Below, in pieces: positions 7,836 to 15,866 of a stretch of DNA of 15,866 bases; position 1 is the first letter of the stretch, and every line of letters starts with the position of its first letter. Below the pieces are notes generated by a model, which worked only from the letters and a program-made list of their open reading frames with translations, searched no databases and was not told where the DNA came from. This DNA comes from Promethearchaeia archaeon (lineage in GTDB: Archaea; Asgardarchaeota; Lokiarchaeia; Sigyniarchaeales; SOKP01): positions 1-15,866 of the forward strand of contig JAHQWJ010000135.1 of NCBI GenBank assembly GCA_029856125.1, read 5' to 3'. The translations under genes were made by a program, and so were the position numbers.

Positions 7836-7977
7836 AATTAAATCATTCCAATTTATGTGTTTAAAAATATAATAATTTCTGCTTTTAAATATTTACAGCA
7901 AAATTATCTTTCGCAAAAGAAATAATAAAATCGTATAATATAGTGGTTTTATAAAAATAATATTTACTCGTAAATAA

Positions 7978-7988
7978 AAAAAAAAAGA
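7978..7988 (-). terminator. Archaeal-type oligo(T) terminator after the membrane acyltransferase gene
   Basis: An A-run at ~7976-7986 on the + strand reads as T11 on the - strand, immediately after the stop codon at 7989-7991. Confidence 0.55.
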
Positions 7989-9077
7989 TTAGATTTTAAT
8001 CTTAATATCATATCTAGCAAGTAGTAGCGCTATTCCTGCCTCTATAGCTATTGGTAAAACTCCAATTAAAAGCATAGTAATTAATGGATTAGCCACAAGA
8101 AAACTTCTATCAAGAAGACCTATAGCAACATCAAAAATAAACGCTAATATAAAGAGTAATAGCATATTTTTCCCCATTTCTGAGAGTACAGGAATCCTAA
8201 AGTTCATTTTTTCGAACCCATAGAAAACTGCAATTAAGAAGCCAGAGGCTGCGATCGCTAGGAATGCTAGAGATGTTGTTGCGTCGTGATGTTCTGCAGG
8301 TTGGATCCAGTCAAGACAGTAGAAGGCTATTATAAATATGGTTGCGACTGGTAAAATTCTTTTTTTAAATCCAACAATTGGATCTTCGGGTTCCATTTTG
8401 TACCATTGAGAAAAACAAGTCCCAGCAATAGCAATTGCAGCATGATTTAATGAGTTAAACGGAAATGGAATGGTTCCCACTCCTCCAAGCCCTTTATGCT
8501 CAAAAAGTGGAGTCGCGTAGAGTATCGCATGAACTATCAATATTCCGATGCAGACATATAACCTTTTATCTGGACTTTTAGGGATTAAGTACGCCAAGAG
8601 ATAAGCAGCAAAAGTTCCAATCGCTAAATTTGCTAGGGTACCATACCATAACACTTCATCCCAAGGAATTCCGTCACCAAAAAGTAGTCCCCCAATTAAT
8701 CCGTCATCTAAGAATGCTAGCCCATAGAGAACTGCTACACGGATAATACCATGTTTCCATGCAGCTCCAACGCCTTTCTTTTTCAATCTGCTGGTAAAAG
8801 CAATATATGCCACAAATCCTAAAATGAACATGAAAATTTGTTGGCCAATATCAATTATTGTTATTAAAGCTGGATACCCGTCATAATACTGGAATCCGTG
8901 ATTTAAAAGGGGTGGTCCTATAGGAGCCTCTCCGGGAAAATTACCTGAGAGTGGCCAAGTTATCACTGAAATTATAAGGAATATAATTATAAGTCCGCGA
9001 AATTGGTCGAGCCATTCATAACGTTTATGCAATAGTTTTTTTCCTTCTCGTTCTACATCAATTTTTTCTTCAGCCAT
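7989..9077 (-). CDS. Multi-pass membrane acyltransferase, heparan-alpha-glucosaminide N-acetyltransferase (HGSNAT)/DUF5009(NagX)-like
   Basis: N-terminal RYEWLDQFRGLII (family RxxsLDxfRG), a His in LLNHG at the expected catalytic position, ITIIDIGQQIFMFILG (cf. TxxDlvfPxFlFixG) and a late MGKNMLLLF (cf. GxNxL); about 10 hydrophobic segments. Confidence 0.72.
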   Translation of the reverse strand: MAEEKIDVEREGKKLLHKRYEWLDQFRGLIIIFLIISVITWPLSGNFPGEAPIGPPLLNHGFQYYDGYPALITIIDIGQQIFMFILGFVAYIAFTSRLKKKGVGAAWKHGIIRVAVLYGLAFLDDGLIGGLLFGDGIPWDEVLWYGTLANLAIGTFAAYLLAYLIPKSPDKRLYVCIGILIVHAILYATPLFEHKGLGGVGTIPFPFNSLNHAAIAIAGTCFSQWYKMEPEDPIVGFKKRILPVATIFIIAFYCLDWIQPAEHHDATTSLAFLAIAASGFLIAVFYGFEKMNFRIPVLSEMGKNMLLLFILAFIFDVAIGLLDRSFLVANPLITMLLIGVLPIAIEAGIALLLARYDIKIKI

Positions 9078-9138
9078 TTTTTCATCAACGCTTTTTATTT
9101 TTCAAATTCTGAAAGTAAATTTGGCATTTACTAGTTTT

Positions 9139-9162
9139 GATACTTCTAAATTTAAAAGTATC
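9139..9162. promoter_or_regulatory. 24-bp near-perfect palindrome, putative operator in the divergent acyltransferase/MFS promoter
   Basis: GATACTTCTAAATTTAAAAGTATC: 11 of 12 positions pair, with a TATA-like core. Confidence 0.5.
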
Positions 9163-9245
9163 TCTTCCAAAAAAAAAGCAAACTTATTATAAGATTATAA
9201 CGAAATAGAATTAATTTTACAAATTATTAAAAGAGTATCTTAAAT

Positions 9246-10700
9246 ATGAAGAAAAGAGAGTTAGTTTCGTTATTTTTCTTTTTGTCGTTAATCTTAATCA
9301 TTATAATGGATAGTGCTTTGTTTCTACCTAATGAAGTATTAATTGCCGCTGATTTGGGAATATATTTTGAAACTCTAGGCATTATCATAGGTATATATAC
9401 TATTGTAAATGGTATTTCAATTCTTATATTCGGATATTTAACCGATATGATAGAGAGAAAAAAGATTTTAATCCTTGCTGGAATACTGTGGTCATTAACG
9501 GCAATATTGCATATATTTGTGGAAGAACTCTGGCAGTTGTTCCTTGTTAGGATCGTAGCAGCAATTGCCGTAAGCGTAACTACTCCACTTGTAATTTCAT
9601 ATTTAGCAGACATAATTTCATCTGATTCACGCTCAAAATCTTTCGCATTTTGGGGATTGATAACAAGCATTGGAACCTTGGTAGCAGGAGTATTAGCATT
9701 AGCGTTTAACACTATTGATTTCGAGGCTATAGAATTACCTCTCCTTCAGAAAATCGACTTTATCGCCCTTAATTATCCTAATGTGTTATATACTTGGAAG
9801 CTTCCATATTTTTATCTTGGTATCATTGCTCTTATATTTACGATCCTTAATTATTTTATTACCATAGAGCCTAAAAGAGCTGCAAAAGAAAAACAATTAG
9901 AAGAAGTTTTTTCAGATGAGACTATGCGCTATTCCTACAAAATTAAATTTTCAGATTTAAAATATGTCTTCAAAAGGAAATCAAACTTCTTCCTGATGTT
10001 TAATTTTTTTGATGTTATCGCTTCAGGTTTAATATTAGCCTATATTTTCCCCTATATCCAGCTGGAAATTGGAGTAAGCGTCGTCGATATCAAGGTCATT
10101 ATTCTGTTTCTGTTCATAATTGTCGTGGGGTTAATTGTGGGACAATTTTGGCTCGCACATTTGGGAGATAAAAAAGTTAAGCGTGGAGATCTTTCTGGTA
10201 GGGTGAAAGTAGCGGTTATTTGTTCGATTTTGAATTTACCATTCTTTTTATTTGGATTTGCAATGACACCTAATGTTTCAGACTCTACTTTTTTCTTTGG
10301 CACTTTATTGGTCAACGATATTGGATTTTGGGTTTTGTGGTTAGTGTATTGTTCATTTCTAGGGGTAGGTCTCGCTTTCACTATGGGAATTGGTCCTAAT
10401 TGGTATAGTTCTCTTATTGACGTTAATTTCCCCGAGAATCGAGGGACTATGGTTGCGGTAGGATCCTTTATAGATTCCATCGGACGCGCCTTAGGGGCAG
10501 TTATAGGTGGTTTCGTAGTAACATTAACGGGAAGCTTTTCTGCGACAATTTTCTGGTCTTTTTTGATATTTGGGATATTTTCTACTTGCTTATGGATTCC
10601 ACTTTTCTTTACTGCTAAAAAAGATTATTTAGATATAAACGAAGCCATGAAAAATAGAGCATCTTCGTTAACTAACATGCAACCCGAGGAATCCCGGTAA
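9246..10700 (+). CDS. Major facilitator superfamily transporter
   Basis: About 12 TM segments; motif A variant GYLTDMIERK, LFLVRIVAA, YLADIISSDSRSKSF; second-repeat LAHLGDK and DVNFPENRGT. Confidence 0.93.
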   Translation: MKKRELVSLFFFLSLILIIIMDSALFLPNEVLIAADLGIYFETLGIIIGIYTIVNGISILIFGYLTDMIERKKILILAGILWSLTAILHIFVEELWQLFLVRIVAAIAVSVTTPLVISYLADIISSDSRSKSFAFWGLITSIGTLVAGVLALAFNTIDFEAIELPLLQKIDFIALNYPNVLYTWKLPYFYLGIIALIFTILNYFITIEPKRAAKEKQLEEVFSDETMRYSYKIKFSDLKYVFKRKSNFFLMFNFFDVIASGLILAYIFPYIQLEIGVSVVDIKVIILFLFIIVVGLIVGQFWLAHLGDKKVKRGDLSGRVKVAVICSILNLPFFLFGFAMTPNVSDSTFFFGTLLVNDIGFWVLWLVYCSFLGVGLAFTMGIGPNWYSSLIDVNFPENRGTMVAVGSFIDSIGRALGAVIGGFVVTLTGSFSATIFWSFLIFGIFSTCLWIPLFFTAKKDYLDINEAMKNRASSLTNMQPEESR

Positions 10701-10762
10701 TTAATTTAACAAATTGTTGCTGATATTTCATTCAAGTTCGATGGCGAGAAAGAATTTTAAAA

Positions 10763-11620
10763 TCACTTTTTATAAACAGTTATATCCATTACAATATGGT
10801 ATAAATGAGGACCATAACTTTTTACGAATCTCTTTGCTAACAGGTCGCATTTAAAATCACTTTTTTCTGCAATTACTTTAAACTCATTAAACGTATCTAA
10901 GTATTTTTCTTTATCAACTATACCCTCATAATGATATATCGTACCTTCAATTTTGGCCAATGTTAACGCTTCTTTTATGAAGTCTTTTGGAGCAGGAAAT
11001 ACCCCCATAATTACTCGATCTGCTTTAAGACCCGAATTGCTCAAAGTCATTACTTCAAGCTTACTATCGCCATAAATTGGAGTAATTATTTCCTCAAAAT
11101 GATTGAGCTTAATATTCTCAGTTAAGTATTTATAAGAATTAGGGTTCAACTCTATACTAAAAATTTTTTTAGGTTTTGAATGTCTTGCTATGGGTAAGGA
11201 GAAATAACCTATACCTGCAAACATATCAACAATAACTTCACCTTCTTTTACTAAAGTAGCTAGAAATTTCCTTTCATTTAGATTTCCCATACTAAACATT
11301 ATCTTTGTGAAATCAAATCTATAGATTACCCCATGTTCTTTATGTTTAGCAATGGGATTATCTATTCCAACAAGAAACTCTATTTTTTCTGGAGTTCTAA
11401 ATTGTCCTTTTACTCGCCCTGAGTTTAAATAAATAGATTTCAATTTTGGTAATAAATCTAAGTATTTTTCAGCAATTAGAATTTTTTTTTCAAGTAATAG
11501 TGGTTTAAATTTTACTATTGCTACATCACCAATGGTTTGAAATCCTCGAGGAAGAGCAGACAATTCCTCGTCAGTTAGAATTCCTATAAGAGCGTCCTTA
11601 AGTTTATCTTTAAATCCCAT
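10763..11620 (-). CDS. taw2: Trm5/TYW2 (Met-10+) family SAM-dependent enzyme, most likely Taw2 tRNA(Phe) wyosine aminocarboxypropyltransferase
   Basis: LPRGFQTIGDVAIV, HKEHG..Y.FD..KIMFSMGNLNER, VDMFAGIGYFSLPIA, IELNP, ADRVIMG, HYEG and VKSYGP. The 285-aa length (no Trm5 D1 domain) and MFSxGN/GIGYF/IMG favour Taw2 over Trm5. Confidence 0.8.
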   Translation of the reverse strand: MGFKDKLKDALIGILTDEELSALPRGFQTIGDVAIVKFKPLLLEKKILIAEKYLDLLPKLKSIYLNSGRVKGQFRTPEKIEFLVGIDNPIAKHKEHGVIYRFDFTKIMFSMGNLNERKFLATLVKEGEVIVDMFAGIGYFSLPIARHSKPKKIFSIELNPNSYKYLTENIKLNHFEEIITPIYGDSKLEVMTLSNSGLKADRVIMGVFPAPKDFIKEALTLAKIEGTIYHYEGIVDKEKYLDTFNEFKVIAEKSDFKCDLLAKRFVKSYGPHLYHIVMDITVYKK

Positions 11621-11685
11621 TAATTATCAAAAATGTAAGTCTATGATTTTAACCTTAAACAAAATCAAGTTAAATTATTATGTTA

Positions 11686-11716
11686 TAGTATATTACTTTT
11701 AAAAAATATTATACTA
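11686..11716. promoter_or_regulatory. 31-bp imperfect palindrome over a TATA-like element upstream of the acyl-CoA ligase
   Basis: TAGTATATTACTTTTAAAAAATATTATACTA: 13 of 15 pairs. It is followed by SD-like AGAGGA (11724-11729) before the ATG at 11736. Confidence 0.45.
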
Positions 11717-11735
11717 AAAAATTAGAGGATAAAAA

Positions 11736-13595
11736 ATGACTAGTTTAAATGATCCAGAGTTTCTGGTTGACGAAAGCAAGGTTTGGTTTACTGGAGGTTA
11801 TTGGCCTGAAGGTGTTCCTCACCAACTTAAGGATGTTGAAGGCGTTGAAATGCTCCCAATGTGGGAGGGTTTTATTAAATCTGCTGACGATTACGGAACC
11901 TGGGATAATGATATTTGTATTTTTGTATACGGTCCTTACATAGAAAGAGTAAATCTAAGAACTCTTTTCGAATACGGGAAGAGATTTGGTACATTTCTCT
12001 ATGATACTTTAGGAATTAGAAAAGGAGATGTAGTAGCAATCGATCTTCCTAATTCTATAAATTTTGTTGTGGCGTATATGGGTTGTATGTATATCGGGGC
12101 AATCGCACAAGGTATTAATCCTACTTATAAGCCAATGGAACTATTGCACTCATTAACAATGACAAAAGCGAAGGTGTTAGTGCTAATGGACATGCTCTAT
12201 ATCGCCGGTCCAGCAACTATCCTACCAAAAACTGATGTGAAATATCTGATCCCCTCCAATTTTGTTGACTTTTTCACTGCCGATGAAGAAACTATCCAAA
12301 GTCTTGGAATTCCATCTGCTAAAGATAAAATTCCGAGCGGAACAGAAGATTATGAAATACACTGGATGAAGAACATAATAGAAAACACGGAACCAAAAGA
12401 AATTTCTGTCGAAATAGATATTTGGAAAGATCCCGCAGTTTATCTTATGACGGGAGGTACAACTGGACTCCCCAAAGTAGCAATGCTCAGTCACGCAAAT
12501 CTTATCTCAAATTTACACATGATTAAACCTTGGACCAACCTCGAACCAGGAATGATCACAATTGGAAGCATTCCCTTTTTCCATAGTTTTGGGTTGACTT
12601 GCGTTATGAATGGGGCATTAACCTTAGGGTTACAAATGTTACTTTTTCCCAAGCCACCTGCAGACGATGTTTTATCAGAAACCATTAATAAATTGGATGC
12701 TCCTCAAGGAATTATGTACACCGGAGTAGAAATGTTGTTTAAGAGATTAACAGATTATGTTCATGAATTAGGAGTAGAAGAATATAAGAAGAAATATAGC
12801 TTTGCAGAGAAATTAAGATACGCTACGCAAGGTGCGGGACCACTCCATGATCATATCCGTGTACCTTTCGAAGAAATTTTCTGTCCGATTAGAGTTGGTT
12901 ACGGCCTAACTGAAACGTCACCAGTAACTAGTATTGCTCCTTTCTGGGGACCTAATAAACCCGGTAAGCTAGGATTACCTGTTCCAGGGGTAGATTGGGC
13001 GATATTTGATTCAGCTGATTTTGACACGGGTCCAATTTGCGACGGTACTCCTGAGATGAATCATTTTGGTGTAGAACATACAGGAGAAATTTGTGTTGCA
13101 GGACCACATATAATGCTTGGATACTTAGGCGTACAAAGTGAACAAGAAGATAATCTTAAGATGTGGAATGGAAAGAGATGGTTGCTTACTGGGGACATAG
13201 GGTTTATGGACGAAAACGGTTTTTGCGAAATAAGAGATAGAAAGAAATCTTTAATCAAAGTCTCAGGACATTCCGTATTTCCAAAGGAAGTAGAAGATTT
13301 AATGGGGCATCACCCTATGATTGACGAAGTTGCTGTCGCGGGACTTCCAGATGAGGCTTCTGGTGAGAAAGTTAAAGCATGGGTTGTACTAAAAAAAGGA
13401 TTCAAAGTCGGTAAAAATGTGGAAATTCAAGACATTAAGAATTGGTGCATGGAAAATATGGCAAAATGGAAAAGTCCAAGACTTATCGAGGTTGTTCGGA
13501 AACTTCCAGTAAGTATGACTGGAAAAGTTCAACGTAGGGAACTTCAAGAAAAAGATATCGCAAAAATGGAAAGTGGTAAAGAAATAAAAGGTTAA
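11736..13595 (+). CDS. fadD: Long-chain-fatty-acid--CoA ligase (AMP-binding, FadD-like)
   Basis: P-loop YLMTGGTTGLPK, PFFHSFG, GYGLTETSP, GEICVAGPHIMLGY, TGDIG, DRKKSLIKVSG and LPVSMTGKVQRR. Substrate specificity cannot be determined from sequence. Confidence 0.92.
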   Translation: MTSLNDPEFLVDESKVWFTGGYWPEGVPHQLKDVEGVEMLPMWEGFIKSADDYGTWDNDICIFVYGPYIERVNLRTLFEYGKRFGTFLYDTLGIRKGDVVAIDLPNSINFVVAYMGCMYIGAIAQGINPTYKPMELLHSLTMTKAKVLVLMDMLYIAGPATILPKTDVKYLIPSNFVDFFTADEETIQSLGIPSAKDKIPSGTEDYEIHWMKNIIENTEPKEISVEIDIWKDPAVYLMTGGTTGLPKVAMLSHANLISNLHMIKPWTNLEPGMITIGSIPFFHSFGLTCVMNGALTLGLQMLLFPKPPADDVLSETINKLDAPQGIMYTGVEMLFKRLTDYVHELGVEEYKKKYSFAEKLRYATQGAGPLHDHIRVPFEEIFCPIRVGYGLTETSPVTSIAPFWGPNKPGKLGLPVPGVDWAIFDSADFDTGPICDGTPEMNHFGVEHTGEICVAGPHIMLGYLGVQSEQEDNLKMWNGKRWLLTGDIGFMDENGFCEIRDRKKSLIKVSGHSVFPKEVEDLMGHHPMIDEVAVAGLPDEASGEKVKAWVVLKKGFKVGKNVEIQDIKNWCMENMAKWKSPRLIEVVRKLPVSMTGKVQRRELQEKDIAKMESGKEIKG

Positions 13596-13618
13596 TTTTT
13601 TTAATTTTTTTTTTAATT
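13596..13618 (+). terminator. Tandem oligo(T) terminator after fadD
   Basis: T7-AA-T10-AA-T tract directly after the TAA, filling the gap to the convergent kinase gene. Confidence 0.65.
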
Positions 13619-15244
13619 TTACGTGTTTAGGCGTTTATGCGTTTTCTTCATAATTTTATAAATGTTAGTGAATTCTTTAAAGAGTTTGTCGTAAACTTCC
13701 CTGTTTTCTGGATTTGGTGTAAATACATTGGAAAATTGAATTAAATCAGGAATTTGATCCCAAGTAAGGTACCCCAGTCCCACTGAAGCGATAAAAGCAG
13801 CTCCACGAGCGTTTGCTTGAATAGGATCTTTAACTTGTTTAATAGTCCTATTGAGGACATCGGCAAAAATTTGACACCAGACATTACTCGATCCACCTCC
13901 ACCTATTATGTTAAGTTCGGGCATTACGACATCTTTTTTCGACATTCCCGGATTCGCTTTTATCTTACGCTTTTGAATAAATTTTTCAACATAAGTATGA
14001 AGCCACCTTACATTATAAGCAACACCCTCAAAAATTGCTCTAATTAAATGTTCACGTGACATTTCTAGCGATAGATTATAAAAACCACCACGAACCGCAT
14101 GATCGTCAACTGGAGCTCTTTCTCCAATAAGCCAAGGGGTGAATATTAGATTATTAGACCCCGCAGGAACCTTTTCAACAATTTTATCGAATATTTTATA
14201 CACATCTGGAACTTGTTCCTCTTTAAGTAATTCATCCTTATGATAAAGAATTTTATCCCTTAAAAATGAGAGAGCCCCACCAGCGATTTCTTGTTCGTTT
14301 ACTAAGAAATACTTCCCTTTAATTGCTGCAGGAAAACTTCCAATGTTATGAAAAATATCTGTTTTCTTGTAAGGTATGTGACATAATACCCAATCAGAGG
14401 TTCCAATATAAATGTGACCTTCGTAATCCCTCACTGCTCCTGATCCTATTGTTGCTGCGTGGAGGTCGGGAGCACCTATAATTACTTTGGTTTCTTTGTT
14501 TAATCCAAGTTCGCTTGCTACTTCGTCTTTCAAAGGTCCTAAGATGTCTGTAGACCATCTTAAATCTGTTGGGAATTTACTTCGATCTACCTTAGCCCAT
14601 TTCATTAATTTGTCATAATACTTAATATTGTTGATATCACGAATGTCTGTAATGAAATGCATTTGAATGGAGGCATACGAAGCTGCAAATTTGCCCGTTA
14701 ATTTCATATTGATATAATCCTGAGGTTCCAAAAACATGAAGGTTGCGTCGTAAATGTCAGGTTTTTTATCTTTTAACCACAAAATGTGACCAAGAGGGTC
14801 CTTCCCTGATAAAGTAGGACCCCCACCAGTTACTTTAACGAATTTTAATATTTTACGTAATGAATATCCGCTTATTTGGATTAAACTTTTATGGAGTTTT
14901 TTCATATATGGAGCTCCTCGAGTGTCCATCCATATTATAGCATTCATTAAATGATTTCCATTTTTATCTAAAGCCACCGTTCCACTCCACTGACTTGAAT
15001 TACAAACGCCCACTATATCGTCTACCGAAACTTTCCCGCTGTTAATAACTTGTTTTGCAGTCTTGAGTATGGCATTCCACCAGTCGTCAGGATCTTGTTC
15101 GACTCCGCCTCCCTTCTCTACGTGTAATGGTACTTCTTGAAAAGCCCAATCAATTACCTCACCTTGAGTTGAGACAATAGCACACTTAGGTCCCCCTGTG
15201 CCATGATCTATAGCAAGAATATATTTTTGATCTAAATCTGACAT
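13619..15244 (-). CDS. FGGY-family carbohydrate kinase (xylulokinase-like)
   Basis: ILAIDHGTGGPK, VEQDPDDWW, AIIWMDTR, GAPD..A..GSG, YIGTS, FTPWLIGERAP, RAIFEGVA and IIGGGGSSNVWCQIFADV. Confidence 0.94.
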   Translation of the reverse strand: MSDLDQKYILAIDHGTGGPKCAIVSTQGEVIDWAFQEVPLHVEKGGGVEQDPDDWWNAILKTAKQVINSGKVSVDDIVGVCNSSQWSGTVALDKNGNHLMNAIIWMDTRGAPYMKKLHKSLIQISGYSLRKILKFVKVTGGGPTLSGKDPLGHILWLKDKKPDIYDATFMFLEPQDYINMKLTGKFAASYASIQMHFITDIRDINNIKYYDKLMKWAKVDRSKFPTDLRWSTDILGPLKDEVASELGLNKETKVIIGAPDLHAATIGSGAVRDYEGHIYIGTSDWVLCHIPYKKTDIFHNIGSFPAAIKGKYFLVNEQEIAGGALSFLRDKILYHKDELLKEEQVPDVYKIFDKIVEKVPAGSNNLIFTPWLIGERAPVDDHAVRGGFYNLSLEMSREHLIRAIFEGVAYNVRWLHTYVEKFIQKRKIKANPGMSKKDVVMPELNIIGGGGSSNVWCQIFADVLNRTIKQVKDPIQANARGAAFIASVGLGYLTWDQIPDLIQFSNVFTPNPENREVYDKLFKEFTNIYKIMKKTHKRLNT

Positions 15245-15360
15245 AATTAATATAAAGGTTGTAAATGTAAATAAAGATTTATTGAGTCAGATATTTTTCA
15301 ATAATTATATGAGCAATTTTAGATTTTCTTAATCAAATAATATTATTTTGTTGATTCTAA

Positions 15361-15866
15361 ATGGAATATGAGGAAAAAATAGCGAAAATTAAAAATATTG
15401 TTGATTTGCCTATTAGCAAATTTAAACCAGACGAATTAAAAGGGATATTAGAAAGGTATGAGAAAAATCATGCGAAGTCAAAAGTGGCTTTTGAGAGAGC
15501 AAGAAAAATAATCCCTGGTGGTGTAGAACATAATCTCGCCTTTAATTATCCATTCCCTCTAGAGAGTAAGCGCGTTTTTGATTGTTACATGGAAACTATT
15601 GATGATATCGTCCTAACAGATTATTTAATGGACGGAGGACCGATTATCCTTGGTCATAATCACCCGGTTTTGACGGAAAAGGTTATCGAAGTTATTCGGG
15701 ATGTTGGACCGTGTCATGGAATAACTAACGAATACGAATATCTTGCTGCAGAACAACTACAAAAGCATTTTCCTTCGTGCGAAATTATAAGATGGCTCCA
15801 AACAGGAACAGAAGCCGATATGCTTGCTATAAGGATTGCTAGAGTAGCTACAAATCGTAAATGGAT
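15361..15866 (+). CDS. Class III PLP aminotransferase, glutamate-1-semialdehyde aminomutase (HemL)-like but probably not HemL; truncated by the window end
   Basis: Not in the ORF track; translated by hand: MEYEEKIAKIKNIVDLP...SKVAFERARKIIPGGVEHNLAFNYPFP...DYLMDGGPIILGHNHP...IRWLQTGTEADMLAIRIARVATNRKW. The frame is open to the window end. Confidence 0.9.
   Translation, partial: MEYEEKIAKIKNIVDLPISKFKPDELKGILERYEKNHAKSKVAFERARKIIPGGVEHNLAFNYPFPLESKRVFDCYMETIDDIVLTDYLMDGGPIILGHNHPVLTEKVIEVIRDVGPCHGITNEYEYLAAEQLQKHFPSCEIIRWLQTGTEADMLAIRIARVATNRKW

Noticed and set aside
9227-10480. 161-aa and 142-aa - strand ORFs
   Set aside because: Antisense shadows of the hydrophobic MFS gene; no independent support.
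10731-10750. GTTCGA T-loop-like sequence between the MFS gene and taw2
   Set aside because: The flanks do not form a T-stem, and the 62-nt gap cannot hold a tRNA cloverleaf.
4389-10765. TGA stops of rhomboid (4389-4391) and taw2 (10763-10765) as possible selenocysteine readthrough
   Set aside because: Both proteins are already complete, taw2 hits TAA two codons later, and I saw no SECIS-like hairpin.
11749-13258. Four short ORFs (64-90 aa) overlapping fadD
   Set aside because: Alternate-frame or antisense ORFs within a complete, motif-rich CDS.
13817-14047. 76-aa + strand ORF
   Set aside because: Antisense to the FGGY kinase, non-ATG start, no motifs.
15361-15866. Calling this gene hemL
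   Set aside because: It lacks the HemL-specific PGGVNSPVR motif and there are no tetrapyrrole genes in the window.
1-15866. CRISPR arrays, IS elements, rRNA/tRNA genes, defence island
   Set aside because: No spaced direct repeats, transposase or integrase motifs, or GC-rich structured RNA segments were seen; the lone Mrr-like gene looks inactive and has no partners.

Overview
AT-rich (roughly 30% GC by eye, not computed), gene-dense archaeal chromosomal segment. Archaeal-type tRNA modification enzymes, T-tract terminators, TATA-like promoters and the style of the acyl-CoA ligase and MFS proteins suggest an Asgard (Lokiarchaeia-like) origin; this is an inference. There are 14 credible CDSs, two of them truncated by the window edges and missing from the ORF track: AlaA-type aminotransferase (partial), a degenerate Mrr-like PD-(D/E)XK protein, a YkgJ-type Cys-cluster protein, an atypical PIMT/Pcm with a long C-terminal extension, rhomboid protease, endonuclease III, a Trm11/TrmG10-like methyltransferase, a 427-aa multidomain protein, an HGSNAT/DUF5009-like membrane acyltransferase, an MFS transporter, a Taw2/Trm5-family enzyme, long-chain acyl-CoA ligase, FGGY kinase and a HemL-like class III aminotransferase (partial). 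I saw no rRNA, tRNA, CRISPR array or mobile element. The top candidate for novelty is the 427-aa soluble protein, which appears to fuse an IFT52-like GIFT domain to a ribbon-helix-helix and a C-terminal HeH/LEM(SAP)-like domain. Also notable are two likely pseudo-enzymes, near-perfect palindromes in the divergent promoters, and a possible amino-sugar or amino-lipid catabolic neighbourhood.
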